DNA of 63,472 nt, the filler included, from Octopus bimaculoides (taxonomy: Eukaryota): NCBI RefSeq assembly GCF_001194135.2. It is 8 parts of 8 records of this genome, joined end to end, with 100 filler letters (N's around TTAATTAATTAA, not from the genome) between each part and the next. Parts side by side here need not be neighbours in the genome. Positions count along the whole stretch, not along the records: positions 9,776 to 19,538 come from NC_068988.1; positions 19,639 to 27,144 come from NC_068983.1; 6 more parts are not named here. One strand, written 5' to 3'. Of the stretch, positions 10,386 through 23,700 are shown piece after piece (positions within the stretch are counted from its first letter, which is position 1; every line of letters begins with the position of its first letter). Under the pieces are notes generated by a model. It was not told the origin of the DNA and ran no database searches. It worked only from the letters and a program-made list of their open reading frames with translations. Both the position numbers and the translations under genes were made by a program.

Positions 10386-12868
10386 AACATCAACATTAAT
10401 AAATCAACATCTATTGATTTCAACAGGCACAAAATGCTTTGTGATTTCTTTTTTTTTTCATTTCGAAATTACTGCCTATACATTGCGCTTGCGTTGAAAC
10501 GATTTTTGTAATTTCTGACACAGAAAGATTGTAACATTCAGCAGCGTTTTTTTTTTTTTCATTTAGTTAGCTTTATTTCTTAGTTTAATTATCGTTGAAC
10601 TTTTATTCCATTATCATATTACATGAATGTTTCCCGACAGTTTTCTGATATTAGGTTTCCTAAAGCGGAACTATATATGATAATGAATAAAGAAATAAAG
10701 CAATTAACAATTATATATAAAAATGCCAAAAAATTTTAAAACATACGTCAAAATATGAGATAGTGAAAGCAACAGCAAAAATGAAAACAAAAAAAATACT
10801 AATTTCTTTTTAAATATCAACGTTTTAATTAGCCAATAAAATTCAAAGTGTTTAATCGCAAGAGCCCAGTTGTTTGAACATTTGAGATTAGGAAGCACTC
10901 ATCGCCATCAGAGAAGAAAGTAATTAAAAAATAACGCTAAAAAATACTTAATTTTATAGGCACTTACATTAAGGCTACAAATTGCTTTCCCATTCGTTAT
11001 TTATCAGCACACATACGCACAACATAGAAAACACACAAGCTGTTATATTGTATTTTACAAATGCATTTAACGAATATATAGCGTAGGATTTTCGGCTGCG
11101 AACAAAGTCGCTATTTTCACTATTGAATGTATTTGCTACAAAGGATTATCATATGAAATATTACAATATATATTAACATATTACACAAAACGTCGGTATG
11201 AATCATACTTTATGATTCTCTAACTGGTTTCAGTTATTGGACGTAAATATTTTTAGTCAATCATATGGATAGCCGTACTCATTAAAACATTAATATTATC
11301 AAATTTATCTTTCAAACAGTAAAAAACAACAAGTAAAGCTCCTCATCCATGTGTCTATATGTCTATAAATACAAATATGTACCGACGCATATACACACTC
11401 ATATATATATATATANNNNNNNNNNNNNNNNNNNNNNNNNNNNNNNNNNNNNNNNNNNNNNNNNNNNNNNNNNNNNNNNNNNNNNNNNNNNNNNNNNNNN
11501 NNNNNNNNNNNNNNNNNNNNNNNNNNNNNNNNNNNNNNNNNNNNNNNNNNNNNNNNNNNNNNNNNNNNNNNNNNNNNNNNNNNNNNNNNNNNNNNNNNNN
11601 NNNNNNNNNNNNNNNNNNNNNNNNNNNNNNNNNNNNNNNNNNNNNNNNNNNNNNNNNNNNNNNNNNNNNNNNNNNNNNNNNNNNNNNNNNNNNNNNNNNN
11701 NNNNNNNNNNNNNNNNNNNNNNNNNNNNNNNNNNNNNNNNNNNNNNNNNNNNNNNNNNNNNNNNNNNNNNNNNNNNNNNNNNNNNNNNNNNNNNNNNNNN
11801 NNNNNNNNNNNNNNNNNNNNNNNNNNNNNNNNNNNNNNNNNNNNNNNNNNNNNNNNNNNNNNNNNNNNNNNNNNNNNNNNNNNNNNNNNNNNNNNNNNNN
11901 NNNNNNNNNNNNNNNNNNNNNNNNNNNNNNNNNNNNNNNNNNNNNNNNNNNNNNNNNNNNNNNNNNNNNNNNNNNNNNNNNNNNNNNNNNNNNNNNNNAT
12001 ATATATAAACTGTGAAATAAAGAATAGAGAACACATGTTTATTTTCTGTACAGGAAAATATCGTAATAAAAATCATAAACAATTCATCAACCTTTGAACC
12101 ACAAGTTGCATCAAATTAATGATGAAACATTGAGATACAAGCTGAAAAATATCAACAGTGAAAATCCAAAAAATCCTTTCATTGAACCCAGTATATGTAA
12201 AATGATTAGTACAAGGCCATAAATGTGTTCAGCTACCTTTTATGTATGACTGTGTATAACATCAGCTGATGCTATTGAGCCTTTGGCGTGCAGATGAACA
12301 GAGCAGTAAATCACCACTTGATAGCTTGATGAGCGGTTCTGCAAAATGTGTCTTAAACGTGTGTTGCACACAGGGAAATGTGTATTGGAGCAAGGACGCC
12401 AGGTATGTACTGATGCAACTGATATAACAAGATAAGTAATGTTAATTTGCCATGTAAAACAAAAATAAGGACCTACGAGTGCTCCAGTTACGGAAGCAAT
12501 TAAAATCAGTATTTGATATTGTTGTGGGGATATTAGTAATAACGGTACACCCCCTCACACATTACAAGCGGTTTGTGCTAGTCGCTATAACTAAGGTGAC
12601 GTCGGTCAGTATAAACAGAGAGAGTACGAATTAGACGGTCATACATAGTCGTGGTCTAATTTGTCATAGTAATTATACTGCTTTATCAAAGTGAGCGTTA
12701 TAACAATCCGACATTAAGGATTACAACTGTGGTGACGAGGAATAAACAAACTCATAATACCTCCTCTTGTGCGAATTTTTTGGAAAAGAAATCGTACTAC
12801 TATGGAAAATTTCTTGTTGGATTCCCTTTCTATCATCATCTCTGGTTATTTTCCTAAGTAATGAAGAT

Positions 12869-13900
12869 ATGGAAAATTTGTTGGCCAGATTGCTTGAGTT
12901 GTGGAAACAGCAACAGCAGCAACTAAAAGAGCAACAACAGCAGCTACAGTTGCAAGAACGACAGCAGAAACAACAACAAAAACAACAGCAACAGTAACAT
13001 CTCCTAAAAGAACAACAACAAAAGTAGATACAACTGCAAGAATAACAGCAGAAACAGCAGCAACAACAATTACTATTACAGGAATAAATGCTGCAATTAA
13101 TGAATAGCAAGTCGTCAGGAAATACTGGAAAAATGTTTTCGCCAAATTGTGTTGAGAACTGGATAGCAAAGTTAAGTACGAACCAGACGAAAGAGTTAGC
13201 TTCCAGGCTTACTATAGAAGATACGAACAAATCTTCAACAAAAAGTACAAAGATTGGGATGACGATATGAAAACGCGTTTGATCTTACGAAAACTGGCAG
13301 TGTGAGAACATTAGCGTTGCAGCAATTATTTACTCGCGAAAATAAAATTCTAGCAAACTTTAAAAGTGCAATAGACATATTGTGTAAAATTTTTAGAGAG
13401 TGAATCTCACTAACTGTTCAATACACGTTGAAAATGTTTCAAGCTAAAAAAGAACAACGAGAACTACATTAAATATGCTGATATAATTAACAGAGCATGT
13501 GAAAAGTTCAAGCTGGACGAATAGACGCCAGATATGTTCAAGTGCCTGATATTTACTCAGGGACTAACTCGAGAGAAAATCACAGAAGTTAGAAAACGTA
13601 TTCTAGAACAAAACCACGCCGTAACCTTACACGTGTCAAAAGAGTGTAAAAGAATAGTAAATTTAAGACACGCCACAGAGAAAATTGAACATAAAGATTG
13701 CTCCTAATTGAAACAAGTACGAAATAGTCAGAATATAAATCAAGCGTGTGCTAAAATGCAGTATACACAATACAAGAATAAGGGAAGAGACCCATGATTT
13801 GCATGTGGAGGTTTACACCTGAAGTAAAATAGTCCATTTAAGAAAACGGAATGCTTCTGTTATGCAAAATATTGGACACGTAAAAGCGCATTGTAAAACC
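12869..13900 (+). pseudogene. gypsy gag remnant
   Basis: MENLLARLLELWKQQQQ..., then YEPDERVSFQAYYRRYEQIFNKKYKDWDDDMKTRLILRKL, and two degraded Zn-knuckle-like stretches near 13790-13895. Confidence 0.8.
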
Positions 13901-13989
13901 TAAATGACTAAACGTTGGAACAAAGAAAACAGAACAAACACTACGCCGTCGAAGGATAATGGTAATATAACCAACAAAAATTCGTAAAT

Positions 13990-16345
13990 TCGAAAATTAA
14001 AAATATAAGAGTAGAGATGCAGTTAGACACTGGAAGTGATATTACCATTGTGAACGTAAACACTAGGAAGTATATATGTAAGCCAGAAATAAATAAATCT
14101 ACAAAAGTAACACATGCTGTTACCGATAACAGATTCTATTGTATCGGGGAATCTATGAATAATGTAACACTGCGTCGTGAGGAAGTGTTTGCAAAATTAA
14201 ATGGAGGGAAATTCTTCTCAAAATTAGACCTCCCGAAGGCACACACTCAATCGAAGAATGCTCACATTTATTAACCATCAATACACACCGTAGTGTATTT
14301 AAATTTAAGCGGCTTCTCATTGGTGTAAAAGTGTCTCCTTTCATATTGCAGCAAATAATGGTTACAATTGTGGGTGACTCTGATTTTGCTGTCGCCTATT
14401 TAGACGATAAAAAGTGAATCACATGAACATGTTAAAAGGGTATTCGAGAAGATTAGAGAATACATTTTCAAATTAACAAAAGAAAAATACGAGTTCTTTA
14501 TAAAAAAAATTAAATAATTGGGCAAGATAATTGATATAAAAAGATGGAAACCGGATCCATTCAGAGCATCTGCGACAAAAATATGCCCAGACCATCAGCG
14601 TGACGCGGAATAAAGTGACTTTGCTACAAGCATTCTTGGATTTAGTAAATTATTATCAAATTTACATTCCCTATATGCATAATGTAAGGACCCCGCTGAA
14701 TGATCTGCTGAAGAAAAATACAAAATTGTGTTGGACTGAAAAGTGCCAAAAGTTATTTGACAAGGTAATAACATTTTAACATCTGACTTATCGTTAACGC
14801 ATTTAGATCCAAAGTTGGATATTATATTAGCTGCGGATGCGTGTGATTACCGTATAGGAGCCGTGCTTCTGCACAAATATGACGAAAAGAGTAAAAGGCT
14901 ATAGCCCATGCTTCACGATTGTTATTTCCAGCTGAAAGGAACTATAAGCAGATAGAAAAGTAATCGTCAGGAATCAAATTTGGTGTGAAAAATTTCAATA
15001 AATTTATCTATGGAAGAAGATTATGTCCACAAACGGATCATCGCATACTACTTTCAATATACAATTCTAAAAAAGGGATATCAACACACACAGCAAATAG
15101 ACTACAGCGATGGAGCACTACATTATTGAATTATGACGTCAAAGTGGAATATTTACTGTAAGAAAAAATTAGAGCATGCGGATGGTTTGTCCAGTCTGAT
15201 ACGGAAACTCTGAGAGCCTTTCGAAAATACGGCAATCGTGGCTGTAAGAGCAGAAGTAGAAATAAAAAAAAAATAATGTAGAGTGTGGTTCGCGAAATAC
15301 CGGTAACCCAAGGAGCAATAAATCGAAATGCGGTAAAGAATAAATTCACAACAGAAGTGAAAAGATCACTGTGATCAGGAAAAGTAAATAAGAACATGAG
15401 TGGTGTGAAACAAAACCGTGAACTGATATTCAATTTTTGATGACGTACTGACGTGTGCACAAAGAGTAGTGAGAATTAAAACATTACAAAGGAAAATTGT
15501 GAGGGAATTTCATGTTGGACATCCTGGTATTTTGAGGACGAAAGCTTTAATGCGTAGCTGCATGTATTGGTCTAAAATGGATAGAGAAATCAGAAATTTA
15601 GTGAAAGGCTGTAGAGGATGTGTTCTAGCAGCAAAATTACTGACGATAAAAAGTGAACCGTGGCCAAAAGTAGATGTTCCGTGGTCGAGATTGCACTTCG
15701 ATTTCACTGGTCTTTTAAACGGTTCATACTACTTAGTGGTAGCTAATAGATTCTCTAAATGACTAGAAATTTGCAAGTGTAAAAGAACCTCCTCAACTCT
15801 GATGAATTTTTTTACATGAACTGTTTGCGAGATTTGACATCCCAGGCGCAATAGTGTTTGTCAATGGAACGTAATTTGTGTCTTTTCAATTTAAAAACGT
15901 TTTGTTCGCTGTAGAACATGTAACTACGCGCCATACCATCCCAGATCTAACGGAAAAGCAGAACGCTTTGTAGATACGTTCAAGGGAGACATAATAAAGT
16001 ATAATAAAAAAGTCACGGACGAGGTAACTCTACAACAATTCTTAAGAGTATACCGTGTCACACCAAACTCAAATACACGAACAGGTATGCCACCAAATGA
16101 GCTGATGTTTGCGAGGAGAATAAAATCAGTCTTCGACGAATTCCTACCAGACAACAAAAGAAAAATTGCAAGGAAAAATGCAGCAAGATTTTTCAAAATT
16201 GGTGAAATGGTGTTTGTGAGGGCATATAAGAATGGAAAACAGGGTTGGAAAGATAGCGTGATTGCCAAATGCATAGGAAAAATGCTATACTTGGTAGAAA
16301 GTAGAAAAGGCATATACAAGAGACACATGAACCAATTGAAATAAG
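13990..16345 (+). pseudogene. gypsy pol remnant (protease, partly deleted RT, RNase H, integrase)
   Basis: LDTGSDITI (protease); FAKLNGGKFFSKLDL and AYLDD (14397-14408, RT); LAADACDYRIGAVL (RNase H); FHVGHPG...CRGC, WSRLHFDF, PYHPRSNGKAERFV (integrase). Confidence 0.92.
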
Positions 16346-18055
16346 ATTCGTTGAGAGTGCATCCAATAGAATGAAAGAATGAATGGAATGGTTATATGGT
16401 ACTTTTCCGGTACCAACCCCACTACAGGTGATTGAACCCAGGCGCACAAGCAAAAGAAAAAGAAAATATACAGAGTTCCTGGAACGGAAAATGTATTAAA
16501 TGTGTAACTACGAAAAGAAAAAAAAAACTCAAATAGGGAAGTGGGGTGATATAAAAAGTAATGATATTAAAAGAAATAAAATGACACTCCCTAAGAAAAA
16601 AAGAAAAACTTAAAAGCGGAGATGTGGGAATAATAGTAATGATGTTGTAATAAAAAGTGAGAACTATCCAAGTGTCACTATAAAAGCCTATGCTATGGAG
16701 CAAGAACTGTGGTATCAATTGAGTAGCTAGCATGAGGTAATGGGTAAATTCCGCCTTCGATCACGAATGACCATGGGATTGCACCGAGAATGTTTCCCTC
16801 CGAATTACAAGACCGAGCAAGTTTGTTCTGTGGAAGACCAGCCCCTGCATACCAGCCTTTCCTCACCGCGCCACCGATTTTATCCAAGGTGAAGTCAAAG
16901 GCTGATACAGCTTGGAACCAGTAACGAGGCAACTCATTTGAATCGCCGAGTGAACTGGAGTAATCTTTGAATAACGTGCCTTGCTCAAGAACACAACACA
17001 TAGCCCGGTCCGGTCCGGGAAACAAACTCATAACCCCAAGGTTGTGAGTCCAATGCTCTAACCACTTAGCCATGCATATATCGGTGGTTTCGCTTTAATA
17101 TTGATCTAGAATAATATTCACATAATTTGGGGTGATTTTCTCCGTTTTTACAAAACTTACTAAGTCTAGATAATCTTGGACCGATTTCAATTTCTCACTT
17201 TAAAGCAGTACCCACTATTCACGTACGACTTTTCATTTTTGTTGAGCGTGTTTGGACAAATTTCACATTACGCTCTCCAGCCCGAACACTACAGGTTACA
17301 AAGCAACCTCATTAACCACACAGACATCAATTTCAGTGGACACATGACAAAAGTAAACGTCTTTAGACTGCAATGTGTTTGTAACTCATCATCATAAAAA
17401 CAATTCAACGAATAACCGCCCGATTTAAAGTACAATAATCAAAGTTTGAATGAAATGCAAGCAATTATTTCTTGGGTAATAAATATAGTATGAATCACTC
17501 ACAGATCTGCTAGCAAATCGTAACACAACCAATTCATTATGTACAATCTCGGTACTGATAATAACACTGAAAATTAATGTTATAGTTAAAATTATATGTT
17601 GCTGGCAAGGTATTAAATTTTGTTCATGGTATCGTAAAAGATACACGTTTGCAGGTATATATATATATATGCATACAAATGCAATCTTGAGAAGATTCGC
17701 ATTAGCACTGACAAAAGCAAACCTCTCAAACATAGCTGCACTTACGTACACAGAAACGTTCACATACACATGAACATAAATGTATAGAGACAAACACAAT
17801 GAAGCGACAGAGAAAACTTGAACGAAAGGAAGGTATATGCAAACATGCTTTAGTAAATGGTTCACGTTTCATAGTACATTCATGTGTATTTTATTTCCGA
17901 AATATATTTTAATCTTATTAGTATTCGATTTGGTCTATTCACTCATGAATAGTTTTACTCCTAGGAACACACACACAGGAGCACAACCAGCAGCCTATAT
18001 ATATACACCACATACATATTGGCATGCGTGGGTTGGTGTTGCGCTTGGTGCGTCC

Positions 18056-18106
<51 letters not shown>

Positions 18107-18695
18107 NNNNNNNNNNNNNNNNNNNNNNNNNNNNNNNNNNNNNNNNNNNNNNNNNNNNNNNNNNNNNNNNNNNNNNNNNNNNNNNNNNNNNNNNNNNNNN
18201 NNNNNNNNNNNNNNNNNNNNNNNNNNNNNNNNNNNNNNNNNNNNNNNNNNNNNNNNNNNNNNNNNNNNNNNNNNNNNNNNNNNNNNNNNNNNNNNNNNNN
18301 NNNNNNNNNNNNNNNNNNNNNNNNNNNNNNNNNNNNNNNNNNNNNNNNNNNNNNNNNNNNNNNNNNNNNNNNNNNNNNNNNNNNNNNNNNNNNNNNNNNN
18401 NNNNNNNNNNNNNNNNNNNNNNNNNNNNNNNNNNNNNNNNNNNNNNNNNNNNNNNNNNNNNNNNNNNNNNNNNNNNNNNNNNNNNNNNNNNNNNNNNNNN
18501 NNNNNNNNNNNNNNNNNNNNNNNNNNNNNNNNNNNNNNNNNNNNNNNNNNNNNNNNNNNNNNNNNNNNNNNNNNNNNNNNNNNNNNNNNNNNNNNNNNNN
18601 NNNNNNNNNNNNNNNNNNNNNNNNNNNNNNNNNNNNNNNNNNNNNNNNNNNNNNNNNNNNNNNNNNNNNNNNNNNNNNNNNNNNNNNNNNNNNNN

Positions 18696-18731
<36 letters not shown>

Positions 18732-18759
18732 GTATACACACATATATATGTAAATGTTG

Positions 18760-18960
18760 GTGTGTTTGTGATTGTCCCACCACTACCATCGCTTGACAAC
18801 ATATGTTGGTGTGTTTACGTCGCTGTACCTTAGCGGTTCGGCAAAAAGCGACGATAGAATAAGTACTAAGCTTACGAAGAATAAGTCCTGGGGTCCATTC
18901 GTTCGAGTAAAGGCGATGCTCTAGCATGGCCGCACTCAAATGTCTAAAAAAAGTAAAAAT
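18760..18960 (+). mobile_element. SINE tail C; other tails at 19765-19970 (-), 39512-39670 (-), 37275-37340 (+), 58906-58940 (+)
   Basis: CATCGCTTGACAAC...CTTAGCGGTTCGGCAAAA...GATAGAATAAGTACTA...CAGCATGGCCGCA shared among copies. Confidence 0.8.
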
Positions 18961-19638
18961 AGATACATAGATAGAGAGAGATATAGATAGATTGAGAGAT
19001 AGATAAATAGATAGATAGATAAATAGATAAATTGATAGATAGATAGATAAATTTTTTACGTGTATGTAAAGACGTCAATTGCTTCTCCATGTCAAAAAAT
19101 TATGCTTTAAGAACACCTAGGAATGTAGCATTTATTGTGCTAATAAAGATTAGAAATTCCCGAAAAGTTGCTGATAAACCAACATTTTTAGCTAAGTGGA
19201 ATCTAAATGTTCTAATTATGAACGACAGATGACAGAAAACATACATAGAATGCTTTAGCACTTTCGAGAATAGATGAGATAAGGATTGAGTATGTAAAAC
19301 TGGGAGTGTGTGCGTGTGTGCGCGCACGTGTGATTGTGTGTGTGTGTGTGTGCCTGTGTTTCAGTCTGTGACTCCATGTATCTAGTGGTGCTGATTATTG
19401 AAGTTAGCATATTAATGAATAGGGAGCCAAAAAGACCCGAGTATAAATACATACAAGTGCGTGTGTGTATGTGTATATTGTTGTATGTATATATGTAAAT
19501 ATGTGCATATATACATATACCTACATACATACATACATNNNNNNNNNNNNNNNNNNNNNNNNNNNNNNNNNNNNNNNNNNNNTTAATTAATTAANNNNNN
19601 NNNNNNNNNNNNNNNNNNNNNNNNNNNNNNNNNNNNNN

Positions 19639-19673
<35 letters not shown>

Positions 19674-22427
19674 GAGAGAAAGAGAGAGAGAGAGAGAGGG
19701 AGAGGGAGAGTTACATACATGCATACGTACATATATACGTATATATGAAAATATGAATGTGCATATTTCTCTTTGTTTTTTTCAGTCCCTTTACTGTGGC
19801 CATGCTGGGGCATCGCCTTGAAGAATTTTTAGTCGAACAAATCAACACCAGTAACTTATTTTCAGCTTGTATTCAATAGGGTCTTTTTGCCGAACCGCCT
19901 TGTTACAACGACGTAAATACACCAACATTGGTTGTCAAACGCTGGTAGGGACAGTCACAGACACACTGACACACATACATACATACATATATACATACAT
20001 ACATACATACATACATACATACACACATACATACACACTGACACACATACATACATAATATATACATACATGCATACTGTTCTCTTCCCCTATCGTTTTC
20101 TATCTCCCTCTTTCTCCTTTACTCTCTCTCGTTGCTTGCACGTGACCATCGTCCATTTTTCTTTTCCTCACGTGAACATCTTTCTTTTCCTTCAGGGCTG
20201 TCGTAAAGACTGCACGTAACCTATCTATCTCTCTCTTCTATCATTTCTCTCTTCTATCATTTCTCTCTTCTATCATTTCTCTCTTCAAAGAAAATATTTC
20301 TCCAGCGTTCACTATTTTACCCTCGTTCTGATCTAACGACCTTCCATGTTTGTTTTCGTTCGGTTTCCTTGTTTGTCTCCACTGTCCTGTTTTTTTTTAC
20401 CTATTTTGGCTTTTGTGGGAGCAACTGCCTTTGAAGATTCATATTGTCGTTCAATGCTCTAAATGAGGAGTAGATGGACAACCGACAACTGATGAAGGGT
20501 CGTTCTTTATGTTACAATTGTTTCTCTCGTTGTTTGCGTATTCAACTCATTTGTTTTCATTTGTTCAACCCTGTATATAATGCCTTGAATTGGAAAACTG
20601 GCAGAAATACATCATCGGACCATATTTTGGCCAAATTTTGGCCAAATTTTGGCGCAAGGCCAGTAATTTTGAGGAAAGGGTAAAGTCGATTACATCGACC
20701 CCAGTACTCAACTGGTACTTATTTTATCGACTCCGAAAGGATAAAAGACAAAGTCGACCTCAGCAGAATTTGAACTCAGACCGTAAAGACGGAAGAAATG
20801 CCGCTGAGCATTTTGACTGGCATGCTAACAATTCTGCCCGCACGCCCTGCTTCATCCGATACACATAATCGACGATTTTGTCAGGCTTGTTTCCCATTTG
20901 GACCTTTTGCTTCTGTGAGCTTTTGATGCCATTAACTTTTTCCTCCTTCTTCATGTCTAATCCCTTTCAATTCTCTTCTATCCAAAGAATTTGCAGCCCA
21001 TCTGACAGTTGCAAGTCGATACCTTTTTATCCTCTCAGAATCTGTCTGCAGCCCTTTAAATCACTTCCCCATTCACTAATTCTCTTATTCAGTTCACTTC
21101 TTGACTGTGTTATTCACTATTTGACGAGAATTAATACCGAAAAGTTAAACCATTTCTTGAACAGAAATTTCTACATTGACCTAAGTCAATGATTCACTTC
21201 CATGTAAATTCATCAAATAATTTTCTACCGAGTGGTTCTCATTATGTTTTATGAAATTAAAGTCACATTTAATCCCCAGAAACAATTAAATTTACCTGTA
21301 AAGAAGAGGAAATACAAATAACTAGAAAGAAAACGACAAATCAAGAACGGGTAGCTAAAACTTTTTGCATGTCTCCTGAGCAAAACCTGATCAGGGGTTA
21401 AATAACACACGCAGCCCTTTAAAAATAAACGATTGTACACAACTCTCCTGTCAGTGATTCGTCTGCCCCCCCCCCTTTCTTCTAGTTTCCCAGACTAATT
21501 TTCCCCACTCTTCTACTTTACCAATTCTCAGACGCAATGGTATTTACGTCTTACATTTTGAACTGTAGGTTTCTGTTTTATTTTTTACAACGCCAGAAAT
21601 AATTTCACTCCACCAAAGAATTACTTCTGCACCAAAAAATCGGAATTACTTTCTAAGTTTGTTTCCTTTGATATTCTGTATTATTTCCTTACCTGTTTCT
21701 ATCTTTTCTTTTGCGTCTTCTTTCCATTTTCACCATGTTTACCAGTAACTGAAACCGGTGAGAAGATCATTGCGATTAACGCAATACAAACACAAAACAA
21801 TTTGTGCGTTAACTTACATAATTACAAACCGCGTATAAGACTTTCTTTTCTCAATCTCACTTCAACTAAAGTGTTTATTCTTGTTGTTGTTGCTGTTGTT
21901 GTTGCTGTGGTTGTTGTTGCTGTTGTTGTTGTGCATTTTTTTTTCGTTCTTTTTCGTCTTCAGTTCATTTCTAACTGTGCATCTGGAGGTTATCGTGTGA
22001 AAAGAAAACAGAACTGTGTAAAAAGCTGCAGATCTGGGACGAAAGACTGTATTGACATAACATGGAATCTGCTAAAACGAGAAAAGACGCGCTACAGCGT
22101 GGTCTTTGGGGAACTGTTTCAGTGAAGCATCAGCCGTTGCAGTAGCGGAGTAAAAACATATAGAGGGGACAAAGCGCATCCGTGGACTGTAAACTGTCAA
22201 ATGGTTCTATTTAGCTTTTAGATATGATCTAACTTGTTTGTGTCGATACGTTTTATTAATAAGTTCTAACCAAAAATTGGCAGCGGTGATCGTACAATTC
22301 TTTTCCCGTCTTTTACATAGCAAAGACACCATGTGTCTTTGCATATTTACGTATGCATTGCATGCATGTATGTAAACGTGTATGTGTGTCTGTATATAAA
22401 GATTGTCTCAGCCGATTGCGTATGTAT

Positions 22428-22470
<43 letters not shown>

Positions 22471-23015
22471 NNNNNNNNNNNNNNNNNNNNNNNNNNNNNN
22501 NNNNNNNNNNNNNNNNNNNNNNNNNNNNNNNNNNNNNNNNNNNNNNNNNNNNNNNNNNNNNNNNNNNNNNNNNNNNNNNNNNNNNNNNNNNNNNNNNNNN
22601 NNNNNNNNNNNNNNNNNNNNNNNNNNNNNNNNNNNNNNNNNNNNNNNNNNNNNNNNNNNNNNNNNNNNNNNNNNNNNNNNNNNNNNNNNNNNNNNNNNNN
22701 NNNNNNNNNNNNNNNNNNNNNNNNNNNNNNNNNNNNNNNNNNNNNNNNNNNNNNNNNNNNNNNNNNNNNNNNNNNNNNNNNNNNNNNNNNNNNNNNNNNN
22801 NNNNNNNNNNNNNNNNNNNNNNNNNNNNNNNNNNNNNNNNNNNNNNNNNNNNNNNNNNNNNNNNNNNNNNNNNNNNNNNNNNNNNNNNNNNNNNNNNNNN
22901 NNNNNNNNNNNNNNNNNNNNNNNNNNNNNNNNNNNNNNNNNNNNNNNNNNNNNNNNNNNNNNNNNNNNNNNNNNNNNNNNNNNNNNNNNNNNNNNNNNNN
23001 NNNNNNNNNNNNNNG

Positions 23016-23081
23016 GAGGGGACGAGGAGGAGGGGACGAGGAGGAGGGGACGAGGAGGAGGGGACGAGGAGGAGGGGACGA
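23016..23081. repeat. 14-bp GC-rich minisatellite (GGAGGGGACGAGGA)n
   Basis: At least 4.5 perfect units emerging from a gap. Confidence 0.9.
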
Positions 23082-23399
23082 AAGGAAGAAAGAGGGGAAG
23101 GAGGGGAGTGCTTGGTCAATGTTTTTGCAACAGTCTCTGTTACATTACTCATTCACATACACACTCATATAGACATGTGTATATGCATACACACACACAT
23201 ACAACTTTCATATACCACACGCACACAGATATACATATACATACATATATACAAGCATATATATATATGTGTGTGTGTGTACCTGTATGTGTAGGTGTAT
23301 ACACTCGCTCATACGTGTGTGGGCGGCGTGGGTTTATGCGTTTGTCCAAGTATAACTATCGACACAATATAGGTATAGACAACATTCCAGCTATCTCCC

Positions 23400-23700
23400 T
23401 GTGTATCGGCCTGGTGGTTAGGGTGTTTGGCTCACGATCGTAAGGTTGTGAGTTCAATTTCCGGCGGCACAGAATGTCCTTAATCCAGACATTATATTTC
23501 ACGGTGCTGCAGTCCACTCAGCTGGCAAAAGTGAATTGTACCAGCCAAGTCACATTACGTGTCACGCTGACATCTTCCAGAGAACTACGTCAACGGTTCG
23601 CGTATCTGCGGAGTACTCAGCCCCTTGCATATTAATTTCATGAGCAGGCTGTTCCATTGACTGGATCAACTGGAACACTTTTCATCGTAACCGATGGCTT
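23400..23700 (+). mobile_element. tRNA-derived SINE, D-like head with a different body (family E)
   Basis: GGCCTGGTGGTTAGGG...GTGAGTTCAATTTCC...TATTTCACGGTGCTGCAGTCCACTCAGCTGGC then GAGAACTACGT...CTGCGGAGTACTCAGCC. Confidence 0.7.

Larger units (their letters stand above)
12523..16745 (+). mobile_element. Degenerate Ty3/gypsy LTR retrotransposon (Mag/K02A2.6-like); right end approximate
   Basis: TG-starting LTR 12523 to about 12727, PBS-like TGGTGACGAGG 12730-12740, gag, then PR-RT-RH-IN order, purine tract before 16623. Many stops and frameshifts. Confidence 0.92.

Noticed and set aside
6659-20499. CTGATGAAGGG at 6659, 7834 and 20489 as hammerheads
   Set aside because: No GAAA or stem II follows in any copy; treated as partial inverted core sequence only.
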